DNA from: Collinsella sp.
GTDB lineage: Bacteria > Actinomycetota > Coriobacteriia > Coriobacteriales > Coriobacteriaceae
DNA: 64,000 nucleotides
Direction: 5' to 3'
NCBI GenBank assembly: GCA_048368115.1
Contig: DBGBZQ010000071.1
Coordinates: 1,138 to 65,137 of the forward strand
Shown here: positions 17,706-27,759 of the stretch, piece by piece
How positions within the stretch are numbered: position 1 is the stretch's first letter
Layout: every line of letters begins with the position of its first letter
Notes under the pieces: generated by a model
Told to the model about the DNA's origin: nothing
The model's database searches: none
What the model saw: the letters and a program-made list of their open reading frames with translations, nothing else
Position numbers and translations under genes: made by a program

Positions 17706-17900
17706 ATGGATGCAAAGATGCTTGATGGCCGCGAGGTGGTTGCCGAGCTGGTACGTGAGGCGCGCGCCGACGCCGCCGAAGATCGGTTTTTGACGAACCG
17801 TGCCAACATGGATATGGCCGACCGCGTGATCTCGATCGTGGCACTGGTATTTGGAGCGGTGTGCGTGTGTGCCCTGCTCGCGCACGTGCTGTTTGTCTAG
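17706..17900 (+). CDS. Small hypothetical membrane protein (64 aa)
   Basis: GGGGAGG RBS, C-terminal hydrophobic helix, located between kup and kdpD. Confidence 0.55.
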   Translation: MDAKMLDGREVVAELVREARADAAEDRFLTNRANMDMADRVISIVALVFGAVCVCALLAHVLFV

Positions 17901-17945
17901 CGACCGCCGGTTGCAAAGGCTATACACTTGGAACCACCACAAGGG

Positions 17946-17982
17946 AAACCACCACAAAGGTGCCTGTCCCCTGTGGTGGTTT
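17946..17982. repeat. REP-like palindrome with a GGGGACAG centre on the minus strand
   Basis: AAACCACCACAAAGGTGCCTGTCCCCTGTGGTGGTTT, plus an extra half arm at ~17932. Confidence 0.65.
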
Positions 17983-18004
17983 TTGTTTTTGAGGGAGGGG
18001 TACG

Positions 18005-19636
18005 GTGTCTATGGACGTCCGTGCGGACGGCGATATCGCCGATAACTTTTGGTGGCGGCGCACAACGCTGACGCGCCGCACTCCTCTGTATGACGCCTGC
18101 GTATCGGTGGGGCTGCTGGTCGCGGCGACGATTGTGGGCGCGCTGCTCGACCATCCGGGTCTCGCGCCGAGCATCATGATCGTCTATGTGTTCGCCGTTC
18201 AGCTGTGCGCATTCTTTACCTGGAGTCGCCTGTATTGCTTGCTGAGCTCGGCTGCCGCCGTGGCGCTCTACAACTTCTTGTTTGTCGACCCGCGCTACTC
18301 GCTGTCGCTTATCGACCGCGGCTATCCCGGCATGTTCTTCATCATGTTCGTGGTCTCGCTCGTGTCGAGCTCGATTGCGTTGGCCCTGCGCCGCGCCTTG
18401 GCACAGGCTGCCGCCAGCGACCGCCGCACGCATATGGTGCTCGAGACCAACCGCATGCTGCAGCGGTGTGCCGACCAGCAGCAAATTATCCATGCCATGG
18501 CAACGCAGCTGGCGCGTCTTTCGGGCTGTCCGGTCGTGTGGTACAGCGCCGACGCCGACGATGATGACCTGCTGCCGCGTGCGACGTACACGGCTGTGGG
18601 CGATGCGGCACCGGTGCACGAACTGGCGCCGCAGATGCCGCCGCGGCTCTCGGCGTCCGCCTATGTGGGGACGCCGCTCGACGCCACGTTTGGCGGCTCG
18701 GCGTTCTACGGCATATACCTGACGGTGCGTTCGGGCGACACTATGGTGCGCACGGGCGATCCCGTCTCGGTGGTGGGGGTACTCGCCATCGTTGCCGAGC
18801 CCGACGTGCTGACGCACGAGGAGCGGACACTTGCCGATGCCATCGTGAGCGAAGGCGAGCTGGCGCTCGATCGCGCTCGCGCCATGGAGGCCCGCGAGGA
18901 GGCGGCGGTGCTCGCCAAAAACGAGCAGCTGCGCGCCAACCTGCTGCGCTCCATCTCGCACGACCTGCGCACGCCGCTCACCAGTATTTCGGGCAATGCC
19001 GACGTGCTGCTCGACCAGGGCTCGACCGGCACCGCGGTGCTCGATGCCCAGACGCGCCGCGGCCTGCTTCTATCCATTCGCTCGGATGCGCTGTGGCTCA
19101 ACGCTACCGTCGAGAATCTGCTCGCCATCACCAAGCTCGAGGGTGGCGGTATGCGCCTGTCGACCACGCTCGAGCTCATGGACGATATCGTCGAGGAGGC
19201 GCTGCGCCACGTGAACCCTGCCGTGCGCGAGCACGACCTTAAGGTGGTGGCGTGCGATGAGCCGGCGCTCGTCAACGTCGATGCGCGCCTGATGGTGCAG
19301 CTGGTGGTCAATCTGGTGAACAACGCCATCACCTATACGCCCGCGGGCTCGCATATCATGATTTCGATTAGCGTCGACGATGGACGCGTGGCGTGCTCGG
19401 TGGCCGATGATGGTCCGGGCATCGCACCCGAGGACCGCGAGCGGATCTTTGAGTCGTTCTATACCGCCAACCATGGTCTGGCCGACAGCCACCGCAGCGT
19501 GGGCCTGGGTCTTTCGCTCTGCCGTTCCATTGCGTTGGCGCATGGCGGTAGCATAGAGGTTGCCGCGGCGGAACCGCACGGCTCGGTCTTTACGATTGAA
19601 CTTCCCGCCGCCGACGTTTCGTTTGATAAGGAGTAG
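18005..19636 (+). CDS. kdpD: KdpD-like sensor histidine kinase, N-terminally short
   Basis: DUF4118-like TMs (YNFLFVDPRYSL), NLLRSISHDLRTPLT, NLVNNA, DDGPGI, GLGLS. Confidence 0.8.
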   Translation: MSMDVRADGDIADNFWWRRTTLTRRTPLYDACVSVGLLVAATIVGALLDHPGLAPSIMIVYVFAVQLCAFFTWSRLYCLLSSAAAVALYNFLFVDPRYSLSLIDRGYPGMFFIMFVVSLVSSSIALALRRALAQAAASDRRTHMVLETNRMLQRCADQQQIIHAMATQLARLSGCPVVWYSADADDDDLLPRATYTAVGDAAPVHELAPQMPPRLSASAYVGTPLDATFGGSAFYGIYLTVRSGDTMVRTGDPVSVVGVLAIVAEPDVLTHEERTLADAIVSEGELALDRARAMEAREEAAVLAKNEQLRANLLRSISHDLRTPLTSISGNADVLLDQGSTGTAVLDAQTRRGLLLSIRSDALWLNATVENLLAITKLEGGGMRLSTTLELMDDIVEEALRHVNPAVREHDLKVVACDEPALVNVDARLMVQLVVNLVNNAITYTPAGSHIMISISVDDGRVACSVADDGPGIAPEDRERIFESFYTANHGLADSHRSVGLGLSLCRSIALAHGGSIEVAAAEPHGSVFTIELPAADVSFDKE

Positions 19637-19640
19637 CGCT

Positions 19641-20354
19641 GTGTCGAACTCTGCCGTAAAACCGCTTATCTTGGTCGTTGAGGACGATCCCGCCGTCCGC
19701 AACCTTATCGTTGCTGCGCTCGAGGCGCACGGCTTGCGCCATATGGCTGTGGAGACCGCCCATGCCGCCATCGCCGCCGCCTCGTCGCAGGCACCGAGCA
19801 TCGTGCTGCTCGATCTGGGCCTGCCCGATATGGACGGCGTCAAGGTGGTGGAGTCGGTGCGTGCATGGTCGGGCATGCCGATCATTGTGGTCTCGGCGCG
19901 CAGTGAGGATGCGGACAAGATTCGTGCGCTCGATGCCGGCGCCGACGACTACCTGACCAAGCCGTTTTCGGTCGAGGAGCTGCTCGCGCGCATTCGCACG
20001 ACGCTCAGGCGCCTTTCGTATGCACAAACGGGCGGCGTTGCCTCCGAGGGCTCGTTCGATACCGGTGAGCTGCATATCGATTTTGATGCCGGCATCGCCA
20101 CGATGGATGGCGAGGAGCTGCATCTGACGCCGATCGAGTACAAGCTCCTGTGCCTGCTGGCGCATAACGCCGACAAGGTGCTGACGCACCAGTTTATCCT
20201 GCACGAGATTTGGGGCACGGCAACTAAGAGCGACCTGGCGAGCCTGCGCGTCTTTATGGGTACGCTGCGTAAGAAGATCGAGTCCGACCCCGCGCATCCG
20301 CGCTATATACAAACGCACGTGGGTATCGGCTATCGCCTGGTCACCCAAGGCTAG
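19641..20354 (+). CDS. kdpE: KdpE-like OmpR-family response regulator
   Basis: LLDLGLPDMDG, ALDAGADDYLTKPF, HLTPIEY, LRKKIESDPAHPRYIQT; GTG start with an AAGGAG RBS. Confidence 0.85.
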   Translation: MSNSAVKPLILVVEDDPAVRNLIVAALEAHGLRHMAVETAHAAIAAASSQAPSIVLLDLGLPDMDGVKVVESVRAWSGMPIIVVSARSEDADKIRALDAGADDYLTKPFSVEELLARIRTTLRRLSYAQTGGVASEGSFDTGELHIDFDAGIATMDGEELHLTPIEYKLLCLLAHNADKVLTHQFILHEIWGTATKSDLASLRVFMGTLRKKIESDPAHPRYIQTHVGIGYRLVTQG

Positions 20355-20449
20355 ATCGCCAACCACCATCCCAATATGAGTTGCGGTGAAATACGGTCTA
20401 AAATTGCCTAATTCCAGGCAAAACAGTCCGTATTCCACCGCAACTTTGT

Positions 20450-23017
20450 TTATTTGCCCTTGGGCTTGCTGGCGTAGAACTTCTTCTTTTTGGGCTTGCC
20501 TGCGCAGGTGGGCTTGCCGTCGCCGCGCGGCCCTCGGTCGCCGGTCTGCGCGTGCGCAGGTACAGCCGCGCAGCGCTTGCGGGCCTCGGGGTTGCGCAGC
20601 TCCTCGACACGCTCGGCAATCTCCTCGGCGCTAAAGCCGACCTCGGCCATGGCGTCTTCAATGGGCAGGCGGCGCACGATATAGCAGTGGTGCACCTTCT
20701 GGTTGCGTGCGAAATCCTCGGGGATGGTCTGCGCCGTAATGTCCTCCAACACCACGCCCGCGCGCGCGAGCTTGCATGTCTCGGGGCGGAAGCCGCGCAG
20801 GTTGCAGCTAAAGATGGCATGTCCGCCCTGTGCGAGCAGGCGCGATACGCCGGCCAAAAGCTCAACATGGTCGCGCTGGACATCCCAAGTGCGGCGGCCC
20901 ATCTTGGACGAGTTCGAGAACGTGGGCGGGTCGACAAAGATCAAGTCCCAGCGGTTGCGCGTCTGGCGCTGGTCGCGAATCCAGGCGAGCACGTCGTCGC
21001 GCACAAAATGATGCTGCGGACCAACAAAGCCGTTCTGGCGCATGTTGCGCTCGGCCCAGTCCAGGTAGGTATTGGAAAGGTCGACCGTCACGGTCTCCTC
21101 GACGCCGCCATCGGCCGCATAACAGGTGGCGGTACCGGTATAGGCGAACAGATTGAGGAAGCGGCGCGCCTGCTTGGCGTGCTCGCGCACCAGGTTGCGG
21201 GTGACGCGGTGGTCCAGGAAGATGCCCACATCCAGGTAGTCGTCAAAGTTGACGGCAAAGGTAAGGCCGCCCTCTTCGATGAGCGGGAGGCGACGGCGCG
21301 CGATGTTGGCGCGCTCGCCCGAGCCGCCCTTGCCAGCGCCCTGCTTGCCGTACTGCGAGCCGCCGCGCGAACGCATGCGGGCCTTGGCGTGCACGTGCTC
21401 GGCCGGAACATCCAGGATGCGCGGCGCGATGGCCAAGATGTCGAGCATACGGGCCTGGGCCAGCGCGGGGTCGATGGTCTTGGGTGCGGCGTATTCGGCG
21501 ATGACGAGCCAGCGGCCCGGCGTCTGCGGGCATCCCTCGTACAGGTCGATGGCGGCGGAGTAGTCGGGTAGGTCGGCATCGTAGACGCGGTAGCAGCTCA
21601 CGCCCTCGCGCTTCGCCCACTTGCGACGCAGGCGGGCGTTCTTGCGCAGGCGGTTGGCGAACTGCTCCGATTCGGGGATGAGCACGGGCAGCGGCTTGCC
21701 GTCGCCCAGGTCGAGCATGGCGGCAGGTTCGGGCATGGGGGTGTCGGCGGCTTCGTCGTTGGCTTCGTTGGCATCCGCAACCTCGGCCTCGGCATCCGCG
21801 CTGGTCGCAGCCTCAAACGCTGCAGCGGCGTGGTCGAGTGAGGGCCAAACCTCAAGAGCCGCCTCCTCGTTATTGGGCATGACGGCGATCGAGCGCTCGG
21901 GCTCGGCGTGGAGCGCGCGGGCCATAAGGCCGTCGCGGGTGAGAGCGGCGACCGGCGCCGAAGCGAGCTCGGGGGCGCGGCGCAGCTCGCCGATGAGCGT
22001 CATGGCATCGTGCATGAGCGAAAGCGGGGTCTCGGTCGTGTCCGCGACCAGGGCGGCACCGGCGACGGCGCCCGCATGGTCCAGCACGGTGGCGGGCTTG
22101 GTGGCACAAAAGTCGACAAAACGCTTGTAGCCGGCGCACTTGACCATGCGCTCGGCAGTCTTGCGGGCGGCGGGGTCGATGTCTACGGCCACGATGCGCG
22201 CCTGGCGCTCGCGCGCTGCCGCCTCGCGCTCGCGCGCCTCGGCAAGCAGCTGCTCCCACAGGACAGCGTCGTGCAGCTGCCAGCCCTCAAAGCCCCAGCG
22301 CTCGCGTGCGGCGCCCGGGGCGCGGTCGGTCAGAATGTTCACGGCCTCCAGCAGCAGACCGCCGCCGGCGCACGAGGCATCGATCAGCGTGGGAAGGGCT
22401 TCGTTTTCGTAATCGTCGGCCGTCAGCTCGCGCTCGCATAGTGCGGTCCAGCCGACCTGCGCCAGCACCAGGGCGGCGTAGTCGGGGCGCAACACGTGTG
22501 CGCCCTCGCCGGCACGAGTCGCAGCGGGCGGCAGACGCTTGAACAGCGGGTCGCCCGAAAGGTCCAGGCTGATGCTCGCGCGGCGCTGACGCAGCGAAAG
22601 CAACAGGTGAACATCGGGGTCGGCGGCATCGACGTCGGCGCGACGGCCCGTGGTCTCGGCCAGACGGTCGCACAGCGCGTCTTTGGCGCGCAGGGCCGAG
22701 AAGCGCGTGTTGCGCAGCTGCTCGGTCACGCCGCGGGCGGTGATGGCGATGGTGGCGCCGGGGCGGATGATGGTCTCCCAGGCGATGTCGTAAACGCTAT
22801 CGTACAGTTCATCGGCATCCTGCGCCTCAAAGCGCCCGAGTACCACGAACACACGGCTCGCCAGGCGCGACCACAGACAGGCGCGGTAGCCTTCTTCGAG
22901 CTCGCCCTCAAATGTAGCGCGGCCCTTCAGCCGGCGAACATGCGAAAGCCCGAGGCGTTTAAGCTCATCGGCGAGTGCGGACTCAAAGCCCTCGGGGCAG
23001 CTTGCGTAAAATTCCAT
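20450..23017 (-). CDS. rlmL: Bifunctional 23S rRNA methyltransferase RlmKL-like
   Basis: CLWSRLASRV and THUMP region, FANRLRKN, CYRVYDADLP, GIFLDHR, LNLFAYTG, VDLSNTYL, DPPTFSNS. Confidence 0.85.
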   Translation of the reverse strand: MEFYASCPEGFESALADELKRLGLSHVRRLKGRATFEGELEEGYRACLWSRLASRVFVVLGRFEAQDADELYDSVYDIAWETIIRPGATIAITARGVTEQLRNTRFSALRAKDALCDRLAETTGRRADVDAADPDVHLLLSLRQRRASISLDLSGDPLFKRLPPAATRAGEGAHVLRPDYAALVLAQVGWTALCERELTADDYENEALPTLIDASCAGGGLLLEAVNILTDRAPGAARERWGFEGWQLHDAVLWEQLLAEAREREAAARERQARIVAVDIDPAARKTAERMVKCAGYKRFVDFCATKPATVLDHAGAVAGAALVADTTETPLSLMHDAMTLIGELRRAPELASAPVAALTRDGLMARALHAEPERSIAVMPNNEEAALEVWPSLDHAAAAFEAATSADAEAEVADANEANDEAADTPMPEPAAMLDLGDGKPLPVLIPESEQFANRLRKNARLRRKWAKREGVSCYRVYDADLPDYSAAIDLYEGCPQTPGRWLVIAEYAAPKTIDPALAQARMLDILAIAPRILDVPAEHVHAKARMRSRGGSQYGKQGAGKGGSGERANIARRRLPLIEEGGLTFAVNFDDYLDVGIFLDHRVTRNLVREHAKQARRFLNLFAYTGTATCYAADGGVEETVTVDLSNTYLDWAERNMRQNGFVGPQHHFVRDDVLAWIRDQRQTRNRWDLIFVDPPTFSNSSKMGRRTWDVQRDHVELLAGVSRLLAQGGHAIFSCNLRGFRPETCKLARAGVVLEDITAQTIPEDFARNQKVHHCYIVRRLPIEDAMAEVGFSAEEIAERVEELRNPEARKRCAAVPAHAQTGDRGPRGDGKPTCAGKPKKKKFYASKPKGK

Positions 23018-23092
23018 GGGTGACCTCTCTGGTTGCGTCGCTCCATTATATGATGGATACTTCGTTTACTCTCGCCCCCGAAAGGAACCCAT

Positions 23093-23920
23093 ATGATTGA
23101 TGCGTGCCCCGATTCCGCCGTGCTCTTTTTTGACGTGGACGGCACGCTGACGTCGTTCGATCCCGACAACATGACCGACAAGGACTTTTCGGCGGTTCAC
23201 CCCTCGCAGGCGGTCGTCGAGGCGTTTCATCGTCTGCGCGACGCGGGACACCATGCATTTATCTGCACGGGTCGTCCCTTGTGGCTGATTGCCGATGGCC
23301 TGCGCGCGCTGAACCCGGCGGGTGTCGTTGCCATGGCGGGAGCGACGCTCGAGGTCGAGGGCCGCGTGGTGCATGAGGACTGCTTTGACGAGGACGTTAT
23401 TGAGGAGCTTGCGCGCCGTATGGCCGCGGCAGGGATTGAGGCCTTTTTCGAGACCAACGTGGCTACTTTTGCCCTGGAACCCGCGGGTGTTGAGCAGTCG
23501 TCTCTGATCGGCACTTCTGTGGTGCACAGCACCGAGGAAATGCGCGTCGACGGCAGTCTGCGCGTGGGCAAGGTATGCCTCAGTGTGCCCAGTTTGGCTC
23601 GCGTGGCCAACGATGACGGCTTTATCGATCGCGAGTTTGAGCTGTGCAACACCGGTGGCCAGAATCGCGAGCTGAGCCCCAAGGGCATTGACAAGGGCGT
23701 GGGCGTGGCGCGAGCGCTGGAATACCTGGGTCGCACCGGCAACGCGCGCACCTTTGGCTTTGGCGATTCCGGCAACGATCTGGGTATGCTCGCCGCTGTC
23801 GAGACGGCCGTGGCCATGGGCAACGCTATGCCCGAGGTCAAGGCGCTCGCCGACTACGTGACTGATGATGTCGCACACGACGGCACCGTCACAGCGATGC
23901 AGCATTTCGGCCTCATCTAA
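23093..23920 (+). CDS. Cof-type HAD-IIB hydrolase
   Basis: DVDGTL, CTGR, DKG, FGDSGNDLGM, VAMGNA. Confidence 0.88.
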   Translation: MIDACPDSAVLFFDVDGTLTSFDPDNMTDKDFSAVHPSQAVVEAFHRLRDAGHHAFICTGRPLWLIADGLRALNPAGVVAMAGATLEVEGRVVHEDCFDEDVIEELARRMAAAGIEAFFETNVATFALEPAGVEQSSLIGTSVVHSTEEMRVDGSLRVGKVCLSVPSLARVANDDGFIDREFELCNTGGQNRELSPKGIDKGVGVARALEYLGRTGNARTFGFGDSGNDLGMLAAVETAVAMGNAMPEVKALADYVTDDVAHDGTVTAMQHFGLI

Positions 23921-24113
23921 TGAATCTCGCGTTCTGACGTTTGCTCAAACTGCGACTCTTTGCTTTTGCATGCGCAATCGATTTATCAATCCAAACACTG
24001 AGGTGTTTATACCGTTCGCCGAGAAGATAAAAAACCGCAGCTCACGCCTTGATAAACGTAGGTAAAGTGTTTAGCAGTTTAACGCCCGTGTGCAAGCGAA
24101 AGGAATCAGGCAG

Positions 24114-24818
24114 ATGGCAATCAAGGTGTTCGCTGACGGTGCAAACCTCGAGGGCATGCTCGACATGTACGAGAACGGCAACGTTCAGGGTTTCACGACC
24201 AACCCGTCCCTTATGAAGAAGGGCGGCGTGACGGATTACCGCGCGTTTGCCAAGGAGGTCCTGGCCCACATCACCGATGTGTCTGTGTCGTTTGAGGTCT
24301 TTGCCGATGACGTCGAGACCATGGAGGTCGAGGCCCGCGAGATCGCTACCTGGGCCGAGAACGTCTACGTTAAGATCCCGTGCGTGACCACCAAGGGCGA
24401 GTCCACCGCCGAGCTGGTTCGCAAGCTTTCGGCCGACGGCATCAAGGTTAACGTCACCACCATCTTTACGCCTATGCAGGTCGACGAGATGGTCGAGGCC
24501 GTTGATGCCGAGACGCCGTCCATCATCTCGCTCTTTGCCGGCCGCATCGCCGACACCGGCGTCGATCCCATTCCGTTTATGACGGAGTCGGTCAAGAAGG
24601 CCGCCATCAAGCCCAACTGTGAGGTCCTGTGGGCGTCCACGCGCGAGCTCATCAACATTTATCAGGCCGAGGCCTGCGGTTGCCAGATCATCACGGTGCC
24701 CAACAGCATCCTGGCCAAGCGCAAGAACATTGGTCGCGACCCGTACGAGGTCTCGCTCGATACCGTGCGCGGTTTTGCCAAGGATATCGCCTCGCTCGGT
24801 TTCCATATTCTGCCGTAA
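24114..24818 (+). CDS. tal: Transaldolase family protein
   Basis: FADGAN, GFTTNPSL, VYVKIP, VNVT, FAGRIADTG, LWASTRE. Confidence 0.85.
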   Translation: MAIKVFADGANLEGMLDMYENGNVQGFTTNPSLMKKGGVTDYRAFAKEVLAHITDVSVSFEVFADDVETMEVEAREIATWAENVYVKIPCVTTKGESTAELVRKLSADGIKVNVTTIFTPMQVDEMVEAVDAETPSIISLFAGRIADTGVDPIPFMTESVKKAAIKPNCEVLWASTRELINIYQAEACGCQIITVPNSILAKRKNIGRDPYEVSLDTVRGFAKDIASLGFHILP

Positions 24819-24974
24819 CGCGAACACTGGCTACGCCGCGGGCTGCTCGCCCCGGCCTTTCCTTTCCCTATCGCTCACGCGCTTCGCGAGGGTCGCGCTA
24901 GGCAAAGGAAAGGCAGGGGCTGCCGACACGAGCTTGCCAGCAAGTTGGCGCTTGGTTTCCATATCCTGCCGTGG

Positions 24975-25190
24975 GCAAAGGTACCCCCGCCTGCGCCGTG
25001 CAAAATTGAGAGTATTCAGCAAGGTAAAGGCTTTTACCAGTTGGGTGAAGCACGGAACAGCCCCCGTTTTGGCTCTGACGACGCTAAAACGGGGGCTGTT
25101 TTTTGCTTTTCCATCTCTGAGGGGCATCCGGAACGGTGGAATTTGCAGAATACTCGCGATTTTGCACATCGCTACAGGGGGTACCTTTGC
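24975..25190. repeat. ~216-bp MITE-like element with ~48-bp imperfect terminal inverted repeats and an inner hairpin
   Basis: GCAAAGGTACCCCC...GTGCAAAATTGAGAGTATTC / GAATACTCGCGATTTTGCAC...GGGGGTACCTTTGC; inner AACAGCCCCCGTTTT / AAAACGGGGGCTGTT. Confidence 0.75.
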
Positions 25191-25199
25191 TTTGGCGGT

Positions 25200-27347
25200 T
25201 TACTTGCCCTGCACCATGGTGAGGGAGATCTTTTTGCGGTCGCGATCGACCTTCTCGACCCACACCTTGACCGTATCGCCGACGCGCACCACGTCGCTCG
25301 GGTGCTTGACGAAGCGGTTGGCCAGCTTGGAGATGTGTACGAGGCCGTCCTGGTGCACGCCCACGTCGACGAACGCGCCAAAGTCGACGACGTTGCGCAC
25401 CGTGCCCTTGAGTTCCATGCCGGGCTCCAGGTCGTCGATGGAAAGTGCCGAGCGGCTAAAGACCACCTCGGGCGCGTCGTCGCGTGGGTCGCGACCGGGC
25501 TTCTTGAGCTCGTTGACGATGTCGATGAGCGTCAGGGTGCCGCAGTCCAGGTCGCTTGCCAGCGCCGAGATGCTGCCCAGACGGCGCTCAATGTCGGGCA
25601 CGCCGCCGCGGCTGAGCTCGCTGGCTTTAACGCCTGCGCGCTCCAGGACGGCCGTGGCCACCTCGTAGCTCTCGGGGTGGACGCTTGTCGCGTCGAGCGG
25701 GTTCTTGCCACCGCTGATGCGCAGGAAGCCCGCGGCGTTAAGATATGCCTTGGGTCCCAGTTTGGGGACCTTCTTGAGCTGGCGGCGATCGGTAAAGGCG
25801 CCGTTTTCCTCGCGGTAGGCCACGATGTTTTTGGCCACGCTCGGCGTGATGCCCGATACGTATCCCAGCAGGCTCGCGCTCGCGGTGTTGACGTCGACGC
25901 CCACACGGTTGACGGCGTCTTCCACCACGTGGCCCAGGGTGCACGAAAGCTCGGCCTGGTCAAGGTCGTGCTGGTACTGACCCACGCCGATGGACTGAGG
26001 CGGAATCTTAACGAGCTCTGCCAACGGATCCTGCAGGCGGCGGCCCAGGCTCATGGCGCCACGCACGGTGACGTCCAGATCGGGATATTCCTGGCTGGCA
26101 AGCTCGGAGGCGGAGTACACCGATGCGCCGGCCTCGTTGACGATGGTGTATCGCAGTCCAGGTGCCTGCTCGGCAATGAACTCCGAGACGACTTCCTCGG
26201 TCTCGCGGCTGGCGGTGCCGTTGCCGATGACGATGGTGTTGACGCCGTCCTTCTTGACGAGGCGGGCGAGCTCGCGCTTGGTGCCGGCGACGTCGTGGCG
26301 CGGCTTGGTGGGGTAGACCACGCCGTGGTCGAGTAGCTTGCCGGTCTCGTCCATGACGGCGACCTTGCAGCCGGTACGGTAGCCCGGATCGAGCGCGAGC
26401 ACGCGGGCACCGCGCACGGGGCGTGCCGAGAGCAGCCCCTCGAGATTCTTGGCAAAGACATTGATGGCCTCGGTCTGCGCACGGACGGTGAGTTTGGCGC
26501 GGGCCTCGCGCTCCAGCGAGGGGGCCATGAGGCGCTTGTAGCCGTCGGCGATGGCGGCGTCAAAGACGGGCGCGAAGACGCCCTGGCGTCGGGGCCAACG
26601 GCTGCCGAGGCGTGCCGTGGCGGCGGCGCCGTCGACGTTCACGCGCACGCGGAGCTTGCCCTCGCGCTCACCGCGGTCGATAGCCAGCACGCGGTGGTTG
26701 GGTATACGGCGCAGCGGCTCATCATAGCTGTAGTACGGCTCGTAGGGGGTCTTCTCGGTGGGGTCGGTGGCCTCGACGACGATGTCTGCGGTGTTTTGCG
26801 TAAAGGCGCGTAGGTCGGCGACGTTCTCCGGGTCCTCGGCTACCGTCTCGGCCACGATGTCGGCGGCGCCGGCGAGCGCCTTCTCGGGCGTGTCGAAGCC
26901 GGCCTCCTCGTTGACGTATGCCGCGGCGGCGTCGAGTGCGCTGCCCTTGGCGGATGCCTGCATGATGATCATGTTGGCGAGCGGCTCCAAGCCTGCCTCG
27001 CGGGCCTTCTGCGCGCGGGTCATGCGCTTTTTGCGGTAGGGCTTGTAGAGGTCCTCGACACGCTGGAGCTGCGTGGCCTCGCGAATCTGCTGCTCGAGTT
27101 CGGGCGTGAGTTTGCCCTGGGCGTCGATAAGCAGAATGACGTCCTCTTTACGCTGCTCAAGATTGCGCAGGTAGGACAGGCGCTCGTCGAGGGCGCGCAG
27201 GGCGACATCGTCCATGCCGCCCGTTGCTTCCTTGCGGTAGCGCGAGATAAAGGGAATGGTGTTGCCCTCGTCGATGAGCTTGACGGCCGCCTCGACGTTG
27301 ACGGCCTTAAGGTTGAGCTCGCGGGCGAGCTGGGCGATAAGATCCAT
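25200..27347 (-). CDS. tex: Tex family transcription accessory protein (YqgF-like, HhH and S1 domains)
   Basis: LIDEGNTIPFISRYRKEATG, DPGYRTGCK, NEAGASVYSAS, GVGQYQHD, S1 motif FGAFVDVGVHQDGLVHIS. Confidence 0.92.
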   Translation of the reverse strand: MDLIAQLARELNLKAVNVEAAVKLIDEGNTIPFISRYRKEATGGMDDVALRALDERLSYLRNLEQRKEDVILLIDAQGKLTPELEQQIREATQLQRVEDLYKPYRKKRMTRAQKAREAGLEPLANMIIMQASAKGSALDAAAAYVNEEAGFDTPEKALAGAADIVAETVAEDPENVADLRAFTQNTADIVVEATDPTEKTPYEPYYSYDEPLRRIPNHRVLAIDRGEREGKLRVRVNVDGAAATARLGSRWPRRQGVFAPVFDAAIADGYKRLMAPSLEREARAKLTVRAQTEAINVFAKNLEGLLSARPVRGARVLALDPGYRTGCKVAVMDETGKLLDHGVVYPTKPRHDVAGTKRELARLVKKDGVNTIVIGNGTASRETEEVVSEFIAEQAPGLRYTIVNEAGASVYSASELASQEYPDLDVTVRGAMSLGRRLQDPLAELVKIPPQSIGVGQYQHDLDQAELSCTLGHVVEDAVNRVGVDVNTASASLLGYVSGITPSVAKNIVAYREENGAFTDRRQLKKVPKLGPKAYLNAAGFLRISGGKNPLDATSVHPESYEVATAVLERAGVKASELSRGGVPDIERRLGSISALASDLDCGTLTLIDIVNELKKPGRDPRDDAPEVVFSRSALSIDDLEPGMELKGTVRNVVDFGAFVDVGVHQDGLVHISKLANRFVKHPSDVVRVGDTVKVWVEKVDRDRKKISLTMVQGK

Positions 27348-27441
27348 GGGACTCCTTGCGTTTAAGGTGCGTTTGCAGCACAGGGCTACCAAGGATACCA
27401 CCCGTCCCAAAAGACTGTTTTGGGGCCGCGCCATGAAAACG

Positions 27442-27577
27442 GCCTATCTACTACGTTTTGCCCGTAGGGGCTGACCATACCTGGGTTTTCCGAAAATCGG
27501 TAAGCCGTTTACCTGCGGTTTTTATTTCGCGAAATTCGGTATGGTTGAGGGTGATCGGTTAAACGTAGTAGATAGGC
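27442..27577. repeat. Hairpin element family B, copy 1 (TACCTGCGGTTTT core)
   Basis: 17-bp perfect arms GCCTATCTACTACGTTT / AAACGTAGTAGATAGGC. Confidence 0.75.
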
Positions 27578-27655
27578 GCATTCCGTGGCGAACGAATCAA
27601 GCAGAGGTGCAAAATGGCCCCCGTATCAGAAAAGTCGTCGGCAATGTAGTCAAAA

Positions 27656-27689
27656 TGCCCCGCGGGCAGGAGGCTGCTCGCGGGGCAAA
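27656..27689. terminator. Intrinsic terminator-like hairpin after the Gfo/Idh gene
   Basis: TGCCCCGCGGGCAG-loop-CTGCTCGCGGGGCA flanked by A-runs. Confidence 0.6.
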
Positions 27690-27759
27690 GAAGAGGGGCT
27701 TGTTGGTAGCGGACCGAGGGGCTTGGCATGGGGTTTCTGCCGCGGTCGCTTTTAAGGCA

